Source of the DNA: Squalus acanthias
Lineage: Eukaryota
Direction: 5' to 3'
Assembly (NCBI GenBank): GCA_030390025.1
Contig: CM059432.1
Span: forward strand, 31,312,001-31,376,000
Length of the DNA stretch: 64,000 nt
Below are positions 12,201 to 22,683 of this stretch, one piece after another. The stretch's first letter is position 1. Every line of letters begins with the position of its first letter. The notes beneath the pieces were generated by a model. That model had not been told where the DNA came from. It worked only from the letters and a program-made list of their open reading frames with translations, and searched no databases. A program made the translations under genes and the position numbers.

Positions 12201-13203
12201 CACCCATCCCTAATTGCCCTTGAGAAGGCAACGGTAAGCCCCATGCGCCTGCTCCCCTTGTCTTTCTAGGTGGTAGAGGTTGTGGGTTTGGGAGGTGCTG
12301 TCAAAGAAACCTTGGCGAGTTGCTGCAGTGCATCTTGTAGATGGTAAACACTGCAGCCACAGTGCACCGGTGGTGGAGGGAGTGAATGTTTAAGGTGGTG
12401 GATGGGGTGCCAATCAAGTGGGCTGCTTTGTCCTGGATGGTGTCGAACTCCTTGAGTGTTGTTGTAGCAACACTTATCGAGGCAAGTGGAGAGTATTCCA
12501 TCACACTCCTGACTTGTGCCTTGTAGATGGTGGAAAGGCTTTGGGAAGTTAGGAGGTGAGTCACTCACCACAGAATACCCATCCTCTGACCTGCTCTTGT
12601 AGCCACAGTATTTATATGGCTGGTCCAGTTAAGTTTCTGGTCAATGGTGACCCCCAGGATGTTGTTGGTGTGGGATTCGACAATGGTAATGTCATGGAAT
12701 GTCAAGGGGAGGTGGTTAGGTTTTCTCCTGTTGGAGATGGTAATTGCCTGGCACTTGTGTGGCACGAATGTTACTTGCTACTTATCAGCCCAAGCCTGAA
12801 TGTTGTCCAGGTCTTGCTGCACGCGGTCATGGACTGCTTCATTATCTGAGGAGTTGCGAGTGGAACTGAAAACTGTGCAATCATCATGTTTGGACCAAGG
12901 CTGTAATGATGTCTGGAGCTGAGTGGTCCTGGCGGAACCCAAACTAAACATCAGTGAGCAGGTTATTGGTGAGTATGTACCGCTGATTGCACTGTCGACG
13001 ACACCTTCCATCACTTTGCTTGAGAGTAGACTGATGGGACAGTAATTGCCCATTTTGGATTTGTCCTGCTTTTTGTGGACATGGCAACCTGGGAAATTTT
13101 CCAATTTGTCAGGTAGATGCCAGTGTTGAAGCTATACTGGAACATCTTGGCTAGATGCGCGGCTAATTCTCGAGCACAAGTTTTCAGCACTACAGTGCTA
13201 CTA

Positions 13204-13345
13204 TAGGCATCAAGGAGTATGGGGAGAGAGCGGGAATATGGTATTGAGATAGAGGATCAGCCACGATCATATTGAATGGCGGAGCAGGCTCGAAGGGCCA
13301 AATGGCCTAGTCCTGCTCCTATTTTTCTATGTTTTCTATGTTTCT
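13204..13345 (+). mobile_element. CR1 3'-end fragment
   Basis: 3' UTR and (TTTCTATG) tail matching 32968-33100; ctacag occurs on both sides. Confidence 0.85.
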
Positions 13346-13566
13346 ACAGCCGGGATGTTGTCGGGGCCCATAGGCTTTGCTATATCCAGTGCGCTCAGCC
13401 GTTTCTTGATATCACGTGGAGTGAATCAAATTGGCTGAAGACTGATAGTATTCAGAAAACGAGTGTTTATTCAATGGTAGAGTATATCATGGACTTTAAC
13501 AATTGTACAAAAGGTTGACAACGTTTAATTTGGGAATCCCTGGATCAGTACTAGTGCTTAAATTAC

Positions 13567-13682
13567 AAGTACAAAAGCAAAATACTGCGGATGCTGGAAA
13601 TCTGAAATCAAAACAGAAAATGCTGGAAATACTCAGCAGGTCAGGCAGCATCTGTGGAGAGAGAAACAGAGTGAACGTTTCA
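13567..13682 (-). mobile_element. Penelope-type terminal fragment between copia gag and integrase
   Basis: Matches 2222-2290; the copia protease and integrase N-terminus are missing at this point. Confidence 0.65.
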
Positions 13683-14265
13683 TGAATACAGCAGCTGAGA
13701 GCCCTTTCAGCAATGGTCTTTGTGAAAGGAATCATGCTGTGATTGATGACATGGTGTGTAAAATTTTGGCTGATCGACCAGAGTGTAAATTGTCAACTAC
13801 TCTAGCATGGGCAGTTCATGCAAAGAAATCTTTTCAGATGGTGGGAGGATGTAGCCCTCACCAACTAGTCTATGGGCGCAATCCCAAATTACCTTCTGTT
13901 TTTTGTGATAATCCTCCTGCTCTAGAAGGTATGACAATTAGTGCCATTTTTACGAGCATTTAAATGCTTTGCATGTAGGGAGACAGGCTTTTATCAAGGC
14001 TGACGTGTCAGAGAAAATTCGAAGAGCACTGAAACATCGTACTAGACTGTCTGAGAGAGAGCTCAATTCAGCAGATTTGATATACTATAAAAGAGAGTGT
14101 CATAGGGAATGGAAAGGCCCTGGTAAGTTAATAGGTCATGATGGTAATACAGTACTTGTCCAACATGGCAATCAAATTGTTACGGTTCATTCCTCATGAT
14201 TAATTGGAATTAATTATAAAATCTTGGACACTGAGCAGTTGATAGAATTAATCGAGGCACCTTAA

Positions 14266-15153
14266 GGGGGGAGAAATTCGGTATTGCCCCGTTTGGGGCG
14301 CAATTATAGGCCGGGCGCAAATTTTAGCGCCTGCCGCTAATTATCACTTCCGACTGCAAACTTGGCTTCTATCGCCCCTGGAGGTGATTGGAGCGCTAAA
14401 TCAGGCGCTACACACCTCTCTTAAGGCGCTAACGCTGAGGAGCGAGACGCTACCTCAGAGCGCTGGCAAAGCTCATGTGATGTCAGTCAGCAATGGAACA
14501 CAGACACACTGGCGCCAGCCAGTTCTTAAAGGGGAGGGTCGATCTTGCTCTTCAGCCACACCCTGCTCATTGCAGCCTTGAATCTCGGCCTGGAGAGACC
14601 TATACATCAAATCTTCTGGAAAGAACAATGGATAGGCCCAGGGAAAGAGCTCAGAGTGCAGCCCCCAAGTCTCTTCTAAATCGATGCAAGGAAGATCAAA
14701 TCAAAATGAACCTGCAAAGTGCTGCTCAGTACCCAAAATTCCTCAACAGTGTTGAATATCTCCAGAAGTCTCTCTCTCTCTTTCAGAATGCGTGGTGCAA
14801 AAATGTCGCCGACAAAAAAAGGCAGGAAGCAGTCGCTTTTAAATAGCGCTCCCCCAGTCCCTTCCCGACTGCAAACCACTCCCCTCAACCTGTCGTTGCT
14901 CGCGGCAGGTGGTAAGGCAGGGGGCGCCACTCAATATCCGGTCTGGGGTGCTACCGGGGCGTTGCACGCTCGACTGACGTCACGATCTGCGGGTGCAGGA
15001 GATCGTGGCAGTAGTGTTTAGCGCCGCATCAAAATGTCGTCAATTTCGCGAGTGGTGCAAACATCGCCGCGCCCGGGCGCTAGTTGCTTTGTGCCCCATT
15101 AACACCCTCTTAGGGCGCTAACAGGAGGCGCAAAGCAATTGAATTTCCCCCCC
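14266..15153. mobile_element. Harbinger-type MITE, family B
   Basis: GGGGGGAGAAATTC..GAATTTCCCCCC termini; close inverted homolog at 35083-35975. Confidence 0.85.
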
Positions 15154-16261
15154 CTTGTACCTCAATCTTCATGATTTTTTTGATGAGGGTCCTGAGGAAC
15201 AGAATGAGGTAGATCAAGGGCTGGTCAGTGGTAATGTGAATGCTCATGACACACATGACAGAACTATCCACAGAACAATTACCCAAAGTGGGTACGCAGG
15301 TAACATATGTTCCAGAAGGGACTAATGAATGGAGAGATGCGACAATTTTGGGACGTGCAGGAAAAGCTACTGGTAGGTTTAAATTTTGGTTGAATGTTCA
15401 GGATGATGGCCAAGAAGCAAGGACTGGCAGAATGGGGTGAAAGAGTGGAATGTAAGAAATGCAGTACAAGTAGTGATAGGGAGTCCGGAAGTAACTCTTA
15501 CGTTAGAAAATGATCAGGAACTAGAGAAAGAGACACCGATAGTGCAAGTGGAAGATCTCGCAGTAGTAGACCCCACAGACATAGAAGTGGAAGTAGAGGC
15601 CGTAGCTTGAATAGATCAGACAATGAAACAAAGACCACAGAACAGTCACATAACTGAACTAGAAGTAGAAGTCCTCATGATCGTGAAGTTTTGGTGGCTG
15701 CCAATAAACTGGAGGAAAAATGAGTAAGAGAGGCAAAACAAAGGAAGTTAGATAGTTGGAAAGAATTTGGAGTTTATTCTGAGGTACCAGATAAGGGTCA
15801 ACCAGCTTTGTCACATAGATGGGTTTGTACTGAAAAAGTCCTTACAGATGGGATCTTAAGGCTAAAATGAAGTTGGTAGCTAAGGGTTTTGAAGAGAAAC
15901 TGGATGATACAGATGTTAGAGTGGACTCTCCCACCTGCTGAAAAAGTAATTTAAAAATCTTTTTGGCTCTTTTGGCCACATATTCTTGGGAGTGTAGGTT
16001 AATTGTCATAAAAGCCGTAATTCTGCAGGGTGACACTTTTCAGGGAGAAGTGTTTCTGAAACTGCCTAAAGAGACAGCAGATGCAGAAGGAAAACTATGC
16101 AAACTAAACAAATGCATCTATGGCCTGAATGATGCTTCCAGGGTATGGTCTTTTTCGGTGAGACTTGTTTTGCTGAAAATAGATTGTGTTCAACTAAAAT
16201 CAGATCCTGCAATGTTTTATTGGTACCATAATGGAAAACTTTCAGGTATCTTCGTGATGCG

Positions 16262-16790
16262 TGTCACTCCTGTGAAGCACCTTGGGACGTTTTACTACAT
16301 TAAAGGCACTATATAAATACAAGTTGTTGTTGTTGTTCAGTTGGTAGCACCCTCACCTCTGAGTCGGAAGGTTGTGGGTTCAAGTCCTACACCAGGTACT
16401 TGAACACAAAAATCTAGGCTGACACTCCAGTGCAGTACTGAGGGAGTGCTGCACTGTCGGAGGTGCTGTCTTTCGGATGAGACGTTAAACCAAGGCCCCA
16501 TCTGCTCTCTCAGGTAGACGTAAAAGATCCCATGGCACTACTTCGAAGAATTATCCCTGGTGTCCTGGTCAATATTTATCCCTCAATCAACATTACTAAA
16601 AACAGAGTATCTGGTCATTATCACATTGCTGTTTGTGGGAGCTTGCTGTACTTAACTTGGCTGCCACGATTCCTACATTACACTTTAAAAAGTACTTCAT
16701 TGGCTGTGAAGCGCTTTGGGACGTCCGGTGGTTGGGAAAGTGGCTTATAAATTCTAGTCTTTCTTTCTTTCTTCTTGTTGTTATTGTTGA
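16262..16790 (+). mobile_element. L2 3' tail plus tRNA-derived Deu-domain SINE inserted in the copia RT
   Basis: L2 tail with (GTT)n at 16262-16337, then SINE B box ggttcaagtcc, Deu-like core ggatgagacgttaaacc..gacgtaaaagatcccatggcact and an L2-like tail. Confidence 0.85.
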
Positions 16791-17296
16791 TATTTTCTTC
16801 TGGGGTGGCACTGCGGAATTTGAGAAATTCGTCATTAATAAGATTAGAGTAGAATTTAAAATTGGGAGTCAGGCCTGTGGGGCTTTTAAATATATTGGTT
16901 TAGATATTAAGCAGGTCTGCTATAACTATAAATCAGCAGTCCTATTTAGAGAGTGTTACTCCCATCCCATTTAATTGTACTAGGTCATTACAGAAAGGTG
17001 ATGCTAGATCTAAAGAAAAGACAGAGCAATTCCAAAGCTTGATTGGTCAGTTGAACTGGTTGTGCACTCAGACTAGACCAGATGCCAGTTTTGATGTGTT
17101 GGAGTTAGTACTTCAATGAAACACCCCATAGTAGAGAATGTTTCAAGAGAAAATAAAACATTAAGAAAATTAAATATGGATAAATGCATACTTAAGTTCC
17201 CATCCTTGGGTGACCAAAGAACATAAATCTAGTTATCTCTAGCGATGCTTCACATGCTAATCTTCCTGATGGTTATTCGAGAGTAGCTGGTTTCAC

Positions 17297-18094
17297 GGGC
17301 TGGATTTTCATGGGAAAGGCAGGTTGGGGGCGGGGGGGCTCCGATGCGGGCAGGAAACCCAGGGGAACGGGTTTCCCGCAGGCCCTGCTGACTTTAACGG
17401 CAGGGGTTGATTTGCATCTGAAGCCTCTGTTTCCCGTCCGCAGCCAGCCAGATGGAGAGGCTGGCTGGCTGTGGGCAGGTAGGCCTGCAGCACTAGGCCG
17501 CACAGAGGAGGGAGGGAGGGATCGGGTGGGGGCCGGTGCCGGCCTAGGGGAGCAGGAAGAAGAGAAGATCAGGGACAGCGTGGGATCGGTATGGGGGGTT
17601 GAGGAGGAAGATCGAGGCTGATGTGGGACCGGGGGAGTGGTGGGGGCGGAGAAAGATCAGGGCCGGCTACCAGAGGATTGTGGCCGGCCTCTCAAGATCA
17701 TCAATGGCAGGGGGGTCCGGGAAGGCGATCAGAAGCATCGTAGGGCGGTCTCCGATCACGGGGGGTGGGTTAGGTAGGGACCCTGGATCCAGGAGGTAGC
17801 AGTAAAGGTACTTACCTCCTGGATGCAGCAGTTCCCGCCTTGCTGTAACTGCCAGGTTTTAGGAAGTGTGTAAAACCCGTCCAGCTACTGTTAAAAACAA
17901 AATTGAGGTTAAAAAAGAGGCTTCCTGCCTCATTGTAATATCCTGGCAGTGGGTTGGCTGTTCGCCCCCGTCATGCCTATGTTAAAAATGGAAATGGGCG
18001 GGTTGGAGGCGTGTTCAGGTCGGGAATTCGATTTTTAACAATTTAACTACCCCCGCACTCAAAGCCCAGCCCTTTTTTTAGGTTAAAATTCCCC
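17297..18094. mobile_element. Harbinger-type MITE, family C
   Basis: GGGCTGGATTTT..AAAATTCCCC termini; splits the copia RNase H; related to 50505-51467. Confidence 0.8.
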
Positions 18095-18364
18095 CATAGT
18101 GATTCTTATGGGTAAGAATAGGAAATGTTGTTCTTTAGCTTGGGAAGCTAAGGAAATAAAAATAGTTGTTAAAATTACTCTGGTTGCTGAAAAACTGGCT
18201 CTTGTGGAGGGAGTGGATATGGGATTCTATTTGGCAAATCATCTTGAGTGACATCCTGTACAATGGGAGTACAGAAGATAGTATACCCATTGAATGTTAT
18301 GTAGACAATCGTTCATTGTGGGATAATGTACACTCTATAAAAAATGTGAGTGAGAAAAGATTAA

Positions 18365-19143
18365 GGGCTGGATTTTCAATGACCCGTGCAGTTGGGTTTG
18401 GAAGCGGGGGGGGGGTTAAAGTTGCAGATTCGGGGGTCCCGACCCCATCCCGCCTCCAACCCGCCTCCATGCCAGTTTCTCTGGTGGCAGGTACCCGACC
18501 TGTGCTGAGACCCGACTCCCCGAGGCGGGAAGGGATTAGTGACAATTAAGTTTTTGGCATAATCCCTATTTTCATTGCTGAAATGTGGGCTTCCCGACAG
18601 GTGGCAACCACGCCAAGTTATCGGGGCGGGCCGTGGGTCTGCAGGGGTTGGAGGGGTCGATATGTCCGGTGGGCAGGTGAGTGATGGGTGCATGTGTGCA
18701 GAGGTAAGTGTGTAAGGTAAGTGCTAAGTGTTGGAAAAAGTTTTACTTACCTTAACTTCCTCCTGCAGGTGTCAGCCCTTCAGTTCTCAGGAGTTAGAAA
18801 TCTCACCGGCACAGAAAGCAGGAAAGCTGTGGTTCTGTCAAAAACTGCAGCCTTCTGTTTTCTGTGGTGGAATGATTTCTAACTCAGCCTGAGAGGAAGG
18901 ACTGAAGTTAGAAATCATATTGTGAGTGTTTGACAGCTTCACAGAGCTGTCAAACGCTGATATTTCATCTGTCAAAAGCTCTTGACAGATGAAATGTCAA
19001 TCTGTGACGTCATCTGTTGTCGGGTGGCCCTTAATTGGCCTGCTGAGCCCACTGGGCGGGCTCAACAAGGTCAATCAAGGGATTCACAAGCCAGAATGTG
19101 TGATTCCCAACACCAACCCGACCCCAGATTCAAAATCCAGCCC
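18365..19143. mobile_element. Harbinger-type MITE, family A, TAA TSD
   Basis: TAA|GGGCTGGATTTT..AAAATCCAGCCC|TAA; removing it restores copia KRLRID. Confidence 0.93.
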
Positions 19144-19400
19144 TAAGGATTGACCTTGCTAGCTTGGAAACAAATGCTGGAGAGAAAGGAAATCTCTAAA
19201 ATTAAATGGGTAGATTCAAGCCATCAACTGTCGGATTGTTTTACTAAAACAAGTGTATGTACAAAGAAATTATTCGGGGTCCTGGAGAAGGGTCGTCTCA
19301 CAATGTAATGTTTTGTACAGAGTATGAAGTCTTTAATTTGAAATTTTGGTTATAATATATAGATAAAGTTTTTTTTTATTTAAAGAGAGAGAAGGGAATC

Positions 19401-19667
19401 TGTTAATTGTATTCAAGTGTTATATATCAATAGGGTGTTAATTGTTTCAAGTGTTGTATATTAATAGGGTGTTAATTGTATTCAAGTGGTGAGAATTAAT
19501 TGGCGACTCTTGCTCACATATTTATGGGAGTAGGCTGGGGAAGGGTTATAAGCTTATCTTGGGGTGCACAGCATGTAATGTGTGTCTCTGTAAATAAAGG
19601 CTTGTAAGCAACTAAAGACTAGGCTCTCGTACTCTATCCTTCACTACCTGGCTATCCGACTTTTACA
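19401..19667 (+). repeat. Copia 3' LTR (about 267 bp)
   Basis: Follows the polypurine tract aaagagagagaagggaa; TG..CA ends; AATAAA near 19593; about 34-bp tandem repeats at its start. Confidence 0.7.
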
Positions 19668-19902
19668 GCATCTACAGGCAATCTGGTTATGGTAACTCTC
19701 TTTCACTCTCTTGAAGCCCACAGAGTGAAATCTAGTCTGGCAGTCAAGGTGAAAGTCTCTCAATTTTGAAAGAAGGAAAGAATCTTAAAAGAAATTAGTT
19801 TGGTTTATTGCAATTCCGCCCCCAGTGAACACAAGCCTACAAAACAAAGCTGCTTTTAAATGTGGCATAACTGGCATTTGACAATCTTACTCAAGAGGCC
19901 AA

Positions 19903-20104
19903 AGTGTGGAGATGCCGGTGTTGGACTGGGGTGGACAAATGTGAGAAGTTGCACAACACCAGGTTATAGTCCAACAGTTTTATTTGAAATCACAAGCTTT
20001 CGGAGCGCTGCTCCTTCATCAGGTGAAGTGAAGAGATGTATGAAAAGCTTGTGATTTCAAATAAAACTGTTGGACTATAACCTAGTGTTGTGCGACTTCT
20101 CACA
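19903..20104. mobile_element. Penelope pseudo-LTR inverted repeat
   Basis: About 60-bp arms at 19940-20000 and 20044-20104 are near-perfect reverse complements. Confidence 0.75.
19991..20025 (-). ncRNA. Minimal hammerhead ribozyme motif (Penelope type)
   Basis: Minus strand CAC-CUGAUGA-a-GGAGC-agc-GCUCC-GAAA-GC-UU-GUG: conserved core, stem II, 3-bp stem I and an AAGCUU palindrome. Confidence 0.7.
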
Positions 20105-21402
20105 GATGCCAAAGATACAGGCCAAGCAAGAAATGCGGCACATTAGACTGGTTCAATAGAGGTATGGTTCTTTGGGGAACACAGGGGAGCTCTGTGTTTA
20201 ATCCAATTGATGCTCCTTGCTGCTTCTGGTGCAAAATAATCTACTGCCATCTCCAAAATCAGAACACAATTAAGTGTTTTACATGTCAGTATATGTACAT
20301 GGATCTATTTATCAAACAATATCTGTGGGAAAAAATAGCAGTGATAAAGTATTTGATTATAGTAATGTTGTCTTGGAAAAGCTTTCACTATTCAGTAACT
20401 GGAGCAGATTATTTAACATGCTTCATGAAACATACTCAACCTTGGTCTCTCTTGATACAGAATGATGATTCATCAGGGTCTAACTTTATAATGTACTCTC
20501 AGGATGCCTGAAAGATGTACATAACATTAGAATACAAGTGCCTTTTTTGTTAATTTATAGAGGATTTACTTATGCTGCTAAACCTGGCCAATGCTCAAAA
20601 ATAGATAAGAGGAAGGCAGAGCTGTTTTGATAGTGTAAATTGTCCTTTCATGAAGATGAGTAAAGAGCAATATGGAGCCTTTTGGTGTAAGTTTAATTCC
20701 CGTGACCTTTTACTTTGTCATGACTAAAGCAAATTAAAGTTTTGAAGAGTGTTGCTAAAAATTATAACCACACAGCAGCTTCTTGCTATTCTTGACTGTA
20801 ATCCCCATGGCCGCCTTGTATCTTCCTAGGCTTGAGAAACCTTGGCAATGAGCCAATGTCTCCAAAGGACGCCAGAGCATGAAAAGACTTGGGGGAAAAG
20901 TTAACATAAATCAAGAAGTAGTGGTTAGGTGGCCCCAAACTTGGTTTTAAAAGTCAGTATATAGTAGGAGAAAGAGAAGACTCAGGAAGGTAAAAAGTTC
21001 CACAGTCTTGAAGTCTTGGGAAAAAATGAGAAAAGCAAGAGATAGAGTCATGAGTCAGAAGGAAGAATAGGTAAGACAGTATACTTGGAGCTTAAGAGGA
21101 TCAATAGAGGAAAGTTCAGAGCCACGATGACCATAGTAGATAGACCATTGGAGTGAATAGCTCCAAAAGGGTGTCTATGCTACCCCAGTGTGAATCAACA
21201 CCTACATGAGAGACGAACAGAAGAGAAAATATTAAATAAACAGATTGCTCCTCTACAAAACTGTTCACAATCAAGCAAAATATACTCAGTAATATTGATT
21301 TTAAAAGACAAGCAACAAATGATCAGCATTTATCCGTTGTAACTTAAGGTCTAACTGCTTGCCCTCATTCTGATATGTCAATCATTTCAGAATCAAAAGT
21401 AA

Positions 21403-21830
21403 ACTGTGCTCAGTTTTAGGCACCACACCTCAGGAAGGATATATTGGCCTTGGAGAAGGTACAGAGCAAATTCACCAAAATGATACAGGGGCTTAAAGGG
21501 TTAAATTATGAGGGCATGTTGGCTTGGATTTTTAAACTTGGATTTTATTCCCTTGAGTTTAGACGGTTAAGGGGTGATCGAATCGAGGTCCTTAAGATGA
21601 TCAAGGGATTCAATAGGGTAGATACAGAGAAATATTTCCTCTGGTGGGGGGAATTGAGAACAAGGGGGCATAATCTTAAAATTAGAGCTAGGCCATTTGA
21701 AGTGAAATCAGGAAGCATTTATCAAGGGATATGGAGCTGGTACATGGAGGTGAGACACAGATCAGCCATGATCTAATAGAATGGTGGAACAGGTGAGAGG
21801 GGCTGTATAGCCTATTCTTCTTCCTATATT
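21403..21830 (+). mobile_element. Old CR1 3' fragment
   Basis: ORF 21444-21776 ALEKVQSKFTKMI..SLEFRRLRGD..TRGHNLK. Confidence 0.85.
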
Positions 21831-22683
21831 CGAAATGATTTTGTGAATAAGTTTGTCATGGTAACGCAAGCCTTCAATATTTTTCACTGGTTAATGTGGA
21901 AGAACGAACATTGGAAATGGTTAACACAATCATGGTCTTCTTTGACATAGTATTTATCAAATGATCTCCCCCCAACTGTGCAACACTCCATCAGTACTAC
22001 CTGAAATGTCAGCCTAGGTTATGTACTCAAGTCGAGTGGGCTTTGGACCTATAATCATCAGGCTCAGAGGTGAGAGTGCTACCAAATGAGCCAAGCTGAC
22101 ACCAGTAAAAGGAATGTGAGGGAGTGTGAAAGCAGCAAAGGGAATGTTTCAGAAGGGCAAATAGAAAGAGTAAAAACATTAGAAAATATGAAACTGAAAA
22201 AATGTTCACTATATCCATTTAGTACATATGCAGCTTTGAAAAATTCTGCAGCATATGATATTTTTTCTCAAAAGAAATTATTAGCAAGGCTTGGGATGTC
22301 ATTACTGTTGAACTGTTAAACAATATTATGAAAGGTATGACCTCAGTGATTGGTTGCAATGATCAGTTAAAGCTTTGAACTATACTACAGGAAATAGATT
22401 AAGTTCAGTGCTAAATTGCTTAAGTTTCGTTAAGCTTTTTCTAGTCTATGTTTGGAAAGTAAATCTAGGAATGTGCATAGCACAGAAAAAATGGGAAGGA
22501 TTAAAGGGCTTGAGGATTCAATACGCTGTGTGTGTGCTTTTTCTCTTGCAACAAGGCTTAGGTCTCAGGGCTTATTCTGTCATACAAGATAGAGAGGATG
22601 ATCAGATAGAGGCAAAAACTTATTAGGAGGCACAGTGCATGGAAAAGGATGAGAAGGGCTCCAATCACTATGGTTACCAGGTT

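Larger units (their letters stand above)
8822..13443 (-). mobile_element. Second LINE family (CR1/Jockey group), split by CR1 insertions at 8870-12200 and 13204-13345
   Basis: Minus ORFs NYCPISLLS, QQDLDNIQAWAD, NILGVTIDQKLNW, TIYKAQVRSVMEYSPL..SLHHR. The tail ccagcatttat|cacccatccctaattgccc rejoins across the CR1. Confidence 0.8.
13444..19667 (+). mobile_element. Decayed Ty1/copia LTR retrotransposon (GalEa-like): gag fragment, integrase, RT, RNase H, PPT, 3' LTR
   Basis: gag SMVEYIMDFN..YKRL..IPGSVL; integrase ESPFSNGLCERNHA; RT RWVCTEK..LVAKGFEE, LNKCIYGLNDASRVW, DPAMFYW; RNase H DASHANL..KRLRIDLA..QLSDCFTK. INT-RT-RH order is diagnostic of copia. Confidence 0.9.

Noticed and set aside
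16338..16400. tRNA genes at SINE heads
   Set aside because: A and B boxes run straight into SINE core and tail; no complete cloverleaf.
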